Source of the DNA: Bacilli bacterium
GTDB lineage: Bacteria > Bacillota_I > Bacilli_A > RFN20 > CAG-826
NCBI GenBank assembly: GCA_045597865.1
Contig: JAZLKX010000025.1
Coordinates: 320,001-384,000 of the forward strand
Reading direction: 5' to 3'
Length of the DNA stretch: 64,000 nucleotides
The notes below the pieces were generated by a model. The model was not told the origin of the DNA. It was given only the letters and a program-made list of their open reading frames with translations, and searched no databases. Of this stretch, positions 1 through 10,321 are shown one piece after another; within the stretch, counting starts at the first letter, position 1; every line of letters starts with the position of its first letter. The position numbers and the translations under genes were made by a program.

Positions 1-196
1 AGAAAATTGCTAGAATTGCAGCAACAACTTTTGAATGATATTTAAGTTGATCTGCGTGTTCAACTTGTTCAATAACTTTAGTTATATCTTGTGTTTGGCC
101 GCTATCACCTTCGAGAGGTTTTGGGCAACCACAAAATGGGCAAACATCTTTGTCTAATCTAGTAATATCTGCGTGACAACTTCTACACTTAGCCAT
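1..196 (-). CDS. Zinc-ribbon + TM2-domain membrane protein (runs off window start)
   Basis: Manual translation from ATG at 196: MAKCRSCHADITRLDKDVCPFCGCPK...SKVVAAILAIF. It has two CxxC pairs followed by the typical TM2 start. Not in the ORF track. Confidence 0.65.
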   Translation of the reverse strand, partial: MAKCRSCHADITRLDKDVCPFCGCPKPLEGDSGQTQDITKVIEQVEHADQLKYHSKVVAAILAIF

Positions 197-235
197 AATC
201 GTCAGTTATTATATAATAATTCAAGCATATACGCA

Positions 236-270
236 AAAGAAAAAGGTTCCAATTTAATTTGAAACCTTTG
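236..270 (-). terminator. Intrinsic terminator after the deaminase gene
   Basis: AAAGGTT..AACCTTT inverted repeat flanked by an A-run on + (U-run on -). Confidence 0.6.
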
Positions 271-280
271 TTCTGTTTAA

Positions 281-739
281 TTAATAAGCTGTTTTGTCAG
301 CAATATTTTTATATTCTTCGTAGAGTTTTAGGCAAGCTTTACGGTCGAGCTCAACAACCATCTTTTCGCGTCCACCATTTTCATTAAACTCATAGAAAAC
401 TTTATCACGGAAACCAATGTCTTCTGTGTCAACGATATTACATCCGTAATATACTTTTTCAATATTGGCCCAGAGAATTGCTGCCATACACATTGGGCAA
501 GGCTCGCCAGTTGTGTATAATTCACATCCACTTAAATCGAATGTTCCAAGCTTTTTACAAGCTTTGTGAATTGCCATCATTTCACCATGGCAGGTTGGAT
601 CGTTGTTTTTAACAACTTCATTGTGGCCTTTTCCGATAACTTCACCATCTTTGACAATAACAGCACCAAATGGTCCGCCGTGTCCATGACGAATGCCCTT
701 ACGAGCTTCGAGAATTGCCATATGCATATATTTGTTCAT
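281..739 (-). CDS. guaD: Guanine/nucleoside deaminase (CDA superfamily, GuaD-like)
   Basis: GGPFGAVIV, DPTCHGE and EPCPMC zinc-binding motifs. Confidence 0.8.
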   Translation of the reverse strand: MNKYMHMAILEARKGIRHGHGGPFGAVIVKDGEVIGKGHNEVVKNNDPTCHGEMMAIHKACKKLGTFDLSGCELYTTGEPCPMCMAAILWANIEKVYYGCNIVDTEDIGFRDKVFYEFNENGGREKMVVELDRKACLKLYEEYKNIADKTAY

Positions 740-804
740 AAACTTACCTCGTTTTCTATTTTATCATAGAAAGATTAAAATTAAATTTTTTATTTTAAAA
801 AATG

Positions 805-830
805 AAAAAAAGACCGATTTCTCGGTCTTG
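805..830 (-). terminator. Terminator of the dnaK-dnaJ operon
   Basis: AAGACCGA-TTTC-TCGGTCTT hairpin with poly-U on the - strand. Confidence 0.75.
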
Positions 831-844
831 TAAATACAAAGTAT

Positions 845-1984
845 TTAACGAGTGAAGGCTTTTTTAAATTTATCAAATATAGATTCGTCTTTTCCTTCGC
901 TCTTGCGGAACTCTTCAAGAAGTTTCTTTTGTTCTTTTGTGAGTTTGCTTGGTGTTTTAATTTGAACGTGAATGTATTGATCGCCAGGAGTTCCTTTACG
1001 CATATCTTTAATTCCACGGCCTTTTAATCGAAGAATTTGATTTGGTTGAGTGCCTGCTGGAATTTCAACTTCGCATTCCCCATAAACTGTCGGAACATCA
1101 ATTTTTCTACCTAAGGTAGCATCAATGAAACTGATTGGAATATCAATATGAATATCGTTTCCGTCACGTTTGAAGAATTCATGTGGAAGCATGACAATTT
1201 CTAGATACAAATCACCATTTTCACCACCGTTAATTCCGTGTTCGCCTTTACCGCGAATTCTAATTTGCTGTCCTTCATTAATACCTGCTGGAATATTAAC
1301 TTCCATATCGCGTTTGATATGGTTATAACCTTTTCCGCCACATTTTGGACATTTATCTTTGATAATTTTTCCTGTTCCACCGCAATCTGGACATACTTGT
1401 TGAGACTCCATCATTCCAAAAATGGAACGTTGTTGAACTCTTACGAAGCCTGCGCCATGACAATGTGGACATGTTTGAATATCATTAGCAGTTTTTGCAC
1501 CAGTTCCATTACAATTTTCACATTTTTCATCATAACTGACTGGGACTAAAACTTTCTTGCCCATGATACAGTCCATAAATGGAACACGAATTCTTTGGAG
1601 GGTGTCTTCACCTCTTTGTGGTCCAAAACTGCGTTGCTGACGACGTGGACCTCCGCCAAAGAATGAGGAGAAAATATCACCTAAATCTACACCGCCAAAA
1701 CCTTGTGAGCCAAATCCGGCACCACTAAATGGGTTGCCTTGGCCACCAGTTGATGCACCTTGTTCAAATGCAGCCATACCGAATTGATCGTACATTTGAC
1801 GTTTTTTATCATCATAAAGTACATCGTAAGCTTCTTGGACTTCTTTAAATTTCTCTTCGGCACCTGGCTCTTTATTAATGTCAGGGTGATACTTTTTAGC
1901 GAGTTTACGATAGGCTGATTTAATCTCATCTTTTGTGGATGATTTACTACAACCTAAGACTTCATAGAAATCTCGTTTTGCCAT
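845..1984 (-). CDS. dnaJ: Chaperone DnaJ
   Basis: J-domain with HPD, G/F-rich region, four CxxCxGxG repeats. Confidence 0.98.
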   Translation of the reverse strand: MAKRDFYEVLGCSKSSTKDEIKSAYRKLAKKYHPDINKEPGAEEKFKEVQEAYDVLYDDKKRQMYDQFGMAAFEQGASTGGQGNPFSGAGFGSQGFGGVDLGDIFSSFFGGGPRRQQRSFGPQRGEDTLQRIRVPFMDCIMGKKVLVPVSYDEKCENCNGTGAKTANDIQTCPHCHGAGFVRVQQRSIFGMMESQQVCPDCGGTGKIIKDKCPKCGGKGYNHIKRDMEVNIPAGINEGQQIRIRGKGEHGINGGENGDLYLEIVMLPHEFFKRDGNDIHIDIPISFIDATLGRKIDVPTVYGECEVEIPAGTQPNQILRLKGRGIKDMRKGTPGDQYIHVQIKTPSKLTKEQKKLLEEFRKSEGKDESIFDKFKKAFTR

Positions 1985-2004
1985 AATTTCTCCTTTCTTT
2001 CTAA

Positions 2005-2034
2005 TAAAGCGAAGGGGCAGTTAGCCCCATCGCT
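2005..2034 (-). terminator. Hairpin between dnaK and dnaJ (partial terminator or mRNA stabiliser)
   Basis: GCGA-GGGGC..GCCCC-TCGC stem with a short U-tract on the - strand. Confidence 0.55.
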
Positions 2035-2054
2035 AATTTGTAACTTAAGAACTA

Positions 2055-3890
<1,836 letters not shown>

Positions 3891-3905
3891 TTATTAATCC
3901 TCCGA

Positions 3906-4460
3906 TTAGGCGTCTAATTTTAGACTTTCTTGTAAATTGTTTTGTTTTTCGTCTTTTTTATTTGTGGAGACTACCACAATTGCTGGGCGAATGAGATGGT
4001 CATGAAGTTTGTAGCCACAGACATTTACTTTTAGTACTCTGTTTGGTTTTCCTTCATCTTCAACCGCTTCAATCGCGGACATTGTATTTGGATCGAATTG
4101 ATCATCAACTTTTGGAGATATTTCAGCAACGCCTTCATTTTCTAGAACGCTAACCATGTTTCTATAAATGAATTCAAATCCTGTTAAGAAATTTTGCATT
4201 TCTTGTGAGGTTGCCTTACATTGTAAGGCCATATGGAAGCCATCTAGAATTGGAAGTAAGTTTTCAACGAATCCTGCAGCACGATATTTGATTGCTTCGC
4301 GATGATCTTTTTCTACTGAATCACGGAGATTTTTCATATCAGCATATGCACGATAATACTCATTTTTCCAATGCTCTACATCACTTGTGAGCTTTGCTAT
4401 TTGTTCCTGAGCTTTGTTTTCCTTTTTGGTTTCCTTGATTTGCTCTTTGGTTTCCTTCAC
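3906..4460 (-). CDS. grpE: Nucleotide exchange factor GrpE (GTG start)
   Basis: RAYADMKN, FDPNTMSA and GYKLHDHLIRPAIV motifs; AAGGAG SD upstream; sits between hrcA and dnaK. Confidence 0.95.
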   Translation of the reverse strand: MKETKEQIKETKKENKAQEQIAKLTSDVEHWKNEYYRAYADMKNLRDSVEKDHREAIKYRAAGFVENLLPILDGFHMALQCKATSQEMQNFLTGFEFIYRNMVSVLENEGVAEISPKVDDQFDPNTMSAIEAVEDEGKPNRVLKVNVCGYKLHDHLIRPAIVVVSTNKKDEKQNNLQESLKLDA

Positions 4461-5478
4461 GTTTTATCTCCTTTCTTTCTCCGGAATATCTTCTCTCTAA
4501 CTCGTTAATGAGGTATTCCATTGAAGTAACGACTTTGTCGTAATCCATTCTTTTTGGACCGACGATTGCGATTGAGCCTTCCTTTTGTCCAGGTATTTTA
4601 ACTTTTGCTGAGATGATAGAGACATCTTCATCACCGGATTGTTCACCACCGATGTGAATTGAGATTTCATTATCTCCGTCTTCTTCTACTTCTCTAAATA
4701 CTTCTGGAGATTCGAACATTTCAAGTAGTTTGCGAATCTTTGCGGCATCATCTTTAAATTCAGGTTGTTCGAATAAGACATCTTTTCCATAAGCGCTTAA
4801 ACGATCTTTTGCGAATCCCACGAATGCTTCAAGCATAGCTTGGTAAATGACATCATGATCAATTACATAGTCATTTAAGAGTGGCTTGATAGCTTTCATC
4901 TTAGGAATTAATTCTGAGATTGATGTGCCTTTAAGTCTTTCATTAAGTAACTTGACACAACTCTCGACATCGGTAAGCGGAGTCTTTTCATTTATTACGA
5001 ACGTTTTGTTTTCTACATAACCCTGATCTGTAATAAATACACAAGTCGCGGATGTATCGGAAATTGGAATAATTTGAACCGAGACGAGTTTTTCTTGTGT
5101 GGCATTTGGCCCGAGTACAATGCTTGCTAATGAAGTCATTTGTGACAAGATCTCACAAGATTCTTTAATTACATCGTCGATTGATTGAATTTTTTCATCC
5201 AAGATGCTTTGCATCTGATATTTAAATTCATCTGAGACAGAACGCTCTCTAAGGTTTTCAATGTAGTATCTATATCCTTTAGATGAAGGCACACGTCCAC
5301 TTGATGTATGTGTTTTTTCTAAGAAGCCTTGTTGCTCTAAGGAATTCATCTCTGCACGAATTGTGGCACCTGAGTACTCTAGGCCATAATTTTCAATGAG
5401 AGTTTTACTACCAACTGGTTCTGCTGTTTTAATAAAGTGTTCAACAATCAACTTTAGAACTCGGTCTCTACGATTCAT
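4381..5478 (-). CDS. hrcA: Heat-inducible repressor HrcA
   Basis: EPVGSKTL, HTSSGRVPS.KGYRYY and VGPKRMDY motifs; CIRCE elements upstream. Confidence 0.97.
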   Translation of the reverse strand: MNRRDRVLKLIVEHFIKTAEPVGSKTLIENYGLEYSGATIRAEMNSLEQQGFLEKTHTSSGRVPSSKGYRYYIENLRERSVSDEFKYQMQSILDEKIQSIDDVIKESCEILSQMTSLASIVLGPNATQEKLVSVQIIPISDTSATCVFITDQGYVENKTFVINEKTPLTDVESCVKLLNERLKGTSISELIPKMKAIKPLLNDYVIDHDVIYQAMLEAFVGFAKDRLSAYGKDVLFEQPEFKDDAAKIRKLLEMFESPEVFREVEEDGDNEISIHIGGEQSGDEDVSIISAKVKIPGQKEGSIAIVGPKRMDYDKVVTSMEYLINELERRYSGERKEIKREGNQRANQGNQKGKQSSGTNSKAHK

Positions 5479-5491
5479 TTCCTTTCTCCTT

Positions 5492-5518
5492 TTGGCACTC
5501 TTTTTCCCTGAGTGCTAA
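5492..5518 (-). promoter_or_regulatory. CIRCE operator 1
   Basis: - strand TTAGCACTC-N9-GAGTGCCAA, 1 mismatch to the consensus TTAGCACTC-N9-GAGTGCTAA. Confidence 0.93.
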
Positions 5519-5526
5519 CACCGATA

Positions 5527-5554
5527 ATTATAAGAATGATTTTGGCACTGTCAA
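5527..5554 (-). promoter_or_regulatory. SigA promoter of the hrcA operon
   Basis: TTGACA (5554-5549), 16 nt spacer, TATAAT (5532-5527). Confidence 0.8.
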
Positions 5555-5568
5555 GCGATAAGTGCTAA
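5542..5568 (-). promoter_or_regulatory. CIRCE operator 2, overlapping the -35 box
   Basis: - strand TTAGCACTT-N9-CAGTGCCAA. Confidence 0.85.
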
Positions 5569-5609
5569 TTTTATAAATAATAAAAAAATATCCACATAGT
5601 GGATAAAAT

Positions 5610-5636
5610 TTAGCAATCTTTTAGCACGAGTGCCAA
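5610..5636 (+). promoter_or_regulatory. CIRCE-like operator 3
   Basis: + strand TTAGCAATC-N9-GAGTGCCAA, 2 mismatches. Confidence 0.7.
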
Positions 5637-6731
5637 TTACATTAATTTTAGTATAACAAAATCCATCAAAAGCATACCTTCATCAGTAAGCTTTATCCTA
5701 TCTGGAGTTACATCAATTAAGTTTGTTAAGAAAAATCCTTTTATTTTATCTCCAAATACATCTTCAAAATCTCTTCCAAATTTTTGCTTAAATTCTTGTC
5801 TGGAGAATCCTTGTTCCATCCTAAAATTAGTTATCAAAAAATATTCTAAATTTTCTTCTGGAGAGACAAGAGACTTTTCTTTAACAAAGTTAAAATTATT
5901 ATATTCCCTTAATGATTTTGTGTTTGTGTACCTATTCCCATTTACAAAACCAGATGCGCCAAGACCACATCCATAATATTCTTGGTTTTTCCAATAAGTT
6001 ATATTATGACGAGAATATTTCCCATTTCTTGCAAAATTAGAAACTTCATATCTTTCATAGCCGTTTGCACGTAAAGTTTTTAAGATTACCTCGTAGAATT
6101 TTCTTGATGGACCTTCTCTTTGTTCTTTTACACCTTTGGTGTACAAAATTGAACCAGGTTCAACAATTAATGAATAAATTGAAATATGATCGATATCTAA
6201 TTCAATAAAATTAGCTAAATCTTTCTTCAATTGTCTAAGACTTTGATGTTTGAAGCCGTAAATAAGGTCAATATTTATATTATCGAATCCAAGTCCCTTA
6301 GCTAGTGAAACAACGCGTCTAGCGTCCTCAAAAGTATGATTTCTGCCAATTTCTTTTAAAAGTTTGTCGTTCGTTGATTGAACTCCAATAGAAATTCTAT
6401 TAACTCCGCACTTTTTCATTATCAAAAGCTTAGATTTAGTTAAGTTTTCAACATTGGCTTCAACAGTAAATTCATAATCTTCTGCTAAAAATTGTTTGGC
6501 AAACGTAAGAATTCTTTCAAAACCTTCATCGCTTAAAGCTGTTGGGGTTCCGCCACCAAAGTATAATGTCTTAACTTTGTTAATGTGGTAAGATTCAATC
6601 TCTTTTATAAGCGAATCTAGATACTCTTTTTCATATTTTTCAAAATAAAAAAGTTTTGTGAAATCACAATAAGTACATATGTGGTCACAAAACGGAATGT
6701 GTATATAAAGGGATTGAGGTTTAATTGTCAT
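5637..6731 (-). CDS. hemW: Radical SAM heme chaperone HemW (HemN-like)
   Basis: YIHIPFCDHICTYCDF (CxxxCxxC), FGGGTP, YEVSNF, HNITYW; classic lepA-hemW-hrcA context. Confidence 0.9.
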   Translation of the reverse strand: MTIKPQSLYIHIPFCDHICTYCDFTKLFYFEKYEKEYLDSLIKEIESYHINKVKTLYFGGGTPTALSDEGFERILTFAKQFLAEDYEFTVEANVENLTKSKLLIMKKCGVNRISIGVQSTNDKLLKEIGRNHTFEDARRVVSLAKGLGFDNINIDLIYGFKHQSLRQLKKDLANFIELDIDHISIYSLIVEPGSILYTKGVKEQREGPSRKFYEVILKTLRANGYERYEVSNFARNGKYSRHNITYWKNQEYYGCGLGASGFVNGNRYTNTKSLREYNNFNFVKEKSLVSPEENLEYFLITNFRMEQGFSRQEFKQKFGRDFEDVFGDKIKGFFLTNLIDVTPDRIKLTDEGMLLMDFVILKLM

Positions 6732-6978
6732 CGTCGGCTTGATGTTTCATTGCCTCGTCCATTTGTCTTTGAGTTTCATCATCAACTGGGACTAAAATAC
6801 GATCAAGTTCTTCTTTAGCGGCTTCTTCTTCAGACATTTCGTCTTTTTTTATTTGCAAAGGTTTTACCTTTCTTTTAACAAGAATGACTGCTAAAACGAT
6901 TAAGCCAAAGAAGGCTACTAAGATTAGGACGATTGCCCATGCTGGCATTTCTGCTGCTAATGTAATTGTTGGTTTCAT
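6721..6978 (-). CDS. Small single-pass membrane protein
   Basis: One long hydrophobic helix followed by KRK and an acidic tail; GGAG SD; overlaps the hemW start. Confidence 0.75.
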   Translation of the reverse strand: MKPTITLAAEMPAWAIVLILVAFFGLIVLAVILVKRKVKPLQIKKDEMSEEEAAKEELDRILVPVDDETQRQMDEAMKHQADDDN

Positions 6979-6992
6979 AATATGCTCCTATT

Positions 6993-8420
6993 TTACTCTT
7001 TATCGATTGGTGTGTAAACAAACTTGTTTTTGATTTGCTCGCGTCTATAGTATCCACGATAAGCGAGATTATCCATGGATGTACGAGCTGTTTCATAAAC
7101 ACAACCTTCAAATCTCTTATATTCTTGGATTGTGTAGAATTTACCTTTTGTGCAATGTCTCACATAAAAGTGAGCTTGTCCTTTTTTGATATATGGATCA
7201 GACTCTAAAATATCAATTTCACGAGCTTTAAGTTCTTTTTCTGATAAATCAGAAGTCGGTCTATTATCAATTGGTTTTTGTGGAGCAGCATGCACAGCAG
7301 GCGCAACAACAGGTGCTGGTGCTGGTCTTGTTGCTACTTCAGGTGTTGGTATAGGTTGTGGGCGCGCTTCTTCGAAAATGTCTTTTGCTGGTTCGATTCC
7401 AAACTCTTCTTTAAACTTCTTTGCATCATCGCCCATCGTAATTGTAGCTTCCAATGCTTTAGCATTTACTTGAACGATCCTATCTATAATTGCATCAAAA
7501 GCTGCATTAATTGAATCGTTTCCTTTAAGAAGAGCGTAAGTAAAGTCATGAGATTTTAAAACTTCTCTTGAAATTTCTCCAAATAAATCTTTATCGTTTA
7601 GAATTAACTCTAATGGAACATAAACTGAAGCAAGAGACAATCCAGATGAAGAAAGAATAGCTTTTGCGGCGATAAGAGAAATTTCTAAATTAAAATCTTC
7701 AAATGGTTTAATATAATTAAACATAAAGATTGTCGCCACTAATCGTGTGAGTAATGAATGATTTCTGTCATTTGCAAATGCAATGACTGAATTCATCATA
7801 TCTTCGATAAGATGTGCTGGAACACCATTGTTAAATTCTGCTCCAACAAGGAATCTTGAAGATGGAGAATTTGAATCATTTACTCTGTAAAAAGATGTTA
7901 ATTCTTCTTGACCTTTTAAGATAGCATAGTAATTCGCTAAAAATTCTTCTCCAAATTGTTCATATGATGCTTTTGATAATCTTTCAAGAGCATTAAAGTA
8001 ATTGATAATTACTTGATATCTTTCATCATTACATTGATGTTCGATAATGTTTTGAAGTGTAATTTCTGAAACATCAATGTTATTAAATTTAGCAACGCAC
8101 TTAAGTGCGGTTTTTAACATATCGTGAGTTAAAGTATATTTGGCAATAGAACCATTCATGAGCTTATCAAACAAAGCATCGCACTTACTGACGCGTCCAA
8201 TAATCTCACCCATAATGTTAATCACCTTTGGTGTTTGTGTTAAATTAAAATGAAAATGAGCATTGTCAAAGATTGGAAGTTCAACTGCCATTCCTCTTCT
8301 ATAGACAATTATTTCTCTCCAAATTTGATCAATAAGGTTTGTGCCAAGAGATTTTGCGACTTCCATACGAGTCATATATTTCTCATTGGTGAATTTTACA
8401 TTTAATTCTGATCCTGCCAT
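6993..8420 (-). CDS. Fic/Doc-fold protein with degenerate active site and C-terminal winged helix
   Basis: FNYIKPFEDFNLEISL in place of HPFxDGNGRxxR; Pro/Ala linker; C-terminal YTIQEY..VYETARTSMDNLAYRGYY..KNKFVY wHTH pattern. Confidence 0.7.
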   Translation of the reverse strand: MAGSELNVKFTNEKYMTRMEVAKSLGTNLIDQIWREIIVYRRGMAVELPIFDNAHFHFNLTQTPKVINIMGEIIGRVSKCDALFDKLMNGSIAKYTLTHDMLKTALKCVAKFNNIDVSEITLQNIIEHQCNDERYQVIINYFNALERLSKASYEQFGEEFLANYYAILKGQEELTSFYRVNDSNSPSSRFLVGAEFNNGVPAHLIEDMMNSVIAFANDRNHSLLTRLVATIFMFNYIKPFEDFNLEISLIAAKAILSSSGLSLASVYVPLELILNDKDLFGEISREVLKSHDFTYALLKGNDSINAAFDAIIDRIVQVNAKALEATITMGDDAKKFKEEFGIEPAKDIFEEARPQPIPTPEVATRPAPAPVVAPAVHAAPQKPIDNRPTSDLSEKELKAREIDILESDPYIKKGQAHFYVRHCTKGKFYTIQEYKRFEGCVYETARTSMDNLAYRGYYRREQIKNKFVYTPIDKE

Positions 8421-8501
8421 AGCTTTTACCTCGTTGAGAACATTTTATACTATTTAGAAACTTATGTAAATAAAAACTACTAATTTTTAACTAAAAATCT
8501 A

Positions 8502-10310
8502 TCAATCTTCATCAATTGAAAGGACAGTCATGAATGCTTCTTGTGGAACTTCTACAGAACCAATTGCTTTCATTCTCTTCTTTCCCTCTTTTTGCTTTTC
8601 AAGAAGTTTCTTCTTGCGGCTAATATCACCACCATAACATTTAGCAAGAACGTCTTTACGCACAGCCTTAATGTCCGCACGTGCGATAATCTTGCCATTT
8701 ATGGCAGCCTGTACTGGAACTTCAAATTGTTGACGTGGAATTATTTCTTTAAGCTTACGTACAACTACAGATCCACGCTCATAAGCGCTACCTTTGTAGA
8801 CAATGATGCTTAAAGCATCAATTACATCTCCATTAAGAAGAATATCCATCTTTGAAAGGTTTCCTACTTTGTAGTCGCTATATTCATAATCGAATGATGC
8901 ATAACCTTTTGTGAATGATTTTAACTTATCAAAGAAATTGTAAACAATTTCTGCTAATGGAAGTTCGTAAGTTGCAATCATTCTAGTGTCATCAAAATAT
9001 TCAAGGTTAAGATAAATTCCTCTTCTATTTTGGCAAAGATCCATAACTGCACCAACATACTCCTTTGGAGTCATGATTTGAGCTTTAACATATGGTTCTT
9101 GAATTTCTTTAATTGTTGTTAGATCTGGAAGTTTGCTTGGGTTATCGAGTTCAATCATTGTGCCATCGCTCTTGTACACGTGATAAATAACGCTAGGCGC
9201 GGTAAGAATTAAATCGAGTCCATATTCTCTTTCCAAACGTTCTTGGACTACGTCCATGTGAAGTAAGCCAAGGAAACCACATCTAAAACCAAAGCCCAAG
9301 GCTTGGGATGTTTCTGGCTCAAATACTAAGGAAGCATCATTTAGAGTTAATTTCTCTAAAGCATCCTTAAGATCTAAATATTTCTTAGAATCTACTGGGT
9401 ATAAACCACAGTAGACCATTGGATTCATTTTTCTATAACCTGGTAAAGCTTCTTTAGCAGGATTACTTAATAAAGTAACTGTTTCGCCAGGATGGACATC
9501 TTTGATGTCCTTAATTTGTGCAGCGACATAACCAACCTCGCCTGCACACAATTCGTCTGTTTTGATTTCTTTCGGATTTCTGATTCCGACTTCAGTAACA
9601 AGATAATCCTTGTTAGCTGCCATTAAATGAATTGTATCGCCAACTTTAACTTTACCTTCTTTAACACGAACCATAATAATGACGCCTCTATAGGAATCAT
9701 AGTATGAGTCGAAGATTAAAGCTTGAAGCGGATTATTATCATCACCTAAAGGTGCTGGAATATAATTCACTACCGCTTCAAGGACATCACCAACGTTAAG
9801 TCCTGTCTTTGCGGATACAAGGCATGCGTTATCTGCAGGAATGCCTATGCGCTCCTCGATTTCGCGCTTAGCCATGTCTGGCATTGCGGAAGGTAAATCA
9901 ATTTTATTGATTACCGGAACAATTTCAAGGTTGTTATCAACTGCTAAATAAACATTTGCAAGTGTTTGAGCTTCAACTCCTTGAGTTGCATCAACAACTA
10001 AAAGACAGCCTTCGCAAGCTGCTAAAGAACGTGATACTTCGTATGAGAAGTCGACATGCCCCGGTGTATCGATAAGATTAAATAAATAATCTTCACCGTT
10101 TTTAGCATGGTACTTTAAAGTAACAGCATTAAGTTTAATGGTAATGCCTCTTTCTCTTTCAAGATCCATTGAATCAAGAAATTGTTCTTTCATTTCCCTT
10201 TGGGAAACTGTTTCAGTCAATTCCAAAATTCTATCGGCTAAGGTAGATTTTCCGTGGTCGATATGAGCAATAATTGAGAAGTTACGAATGTGTTTCTTGT
10301 CGTAATGCAT
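8502..10310 (-). CDS. lepA: Elongation factor 4 (LepA)
   Basis: [32 protein letters not shown] and [18 protein letters not shown] motifs. Confidence 0.99.
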   Translation of the reverse strand: MHYDKKHIRNFSIIAHIDHGKSTLADRILELTETVSQREMKEQFLDSMDLERERGITIKLNAVTLKYHAKNGEDYLFNLIDTPGHVDFSYEVSRSLAACEGCLLVVDATQGVEAQTLANVYLAVDNNLEIVPVINKIDLPSAMPDMAKREIEERIGIPADNACLVSAKTGLNVGDVLEAVVNYIPAPLGDDNNPLQALIFDSYYDSYRGVIIMVRVKEGKVKVGDTIHLMAANKDYLVTEVGIRNPKEIKTDELCAGEVGYVAAQIKDIKDVHPGETVTLLSNPAKEALPGYRKMNPMVYCGLYPVDSKKYLDLKDALEKLTLNDASLVFEPETSQALGFGFRCGFLGLLHMDVVQERLEREYGLDLILTAPSVIYHVYKSDGTMIELDNPSKLPDLTTIKEIQEPYVKAQIMTPKEYVGAVMDLCQNRRGIYLNLEYFDDTRMIATYELPLAEIVYNFFDKLKSFTKGYASFDYEYSDYKVGNLSKMDILLNGDVIDALSIIVYKGSAYERGSVVVRKLKEIIPRQQFEVPVQAAINGKIIARADIKAVRKDVLAKCYGGDISRKKKLLEKQKEGKKRMKAIGSVEVPQEAFMTVLSIDED

Positions 10311-10321
10311 ACTTTAAAATA

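Noticed and set aside
5637-6731. Coproporphyrinogen III oxidase HemN, implying heme synthesis
   Set aside because: Short N-terminus, HIPFC and HNxxYW motifs and the lepA-hrcA context indicate HemW
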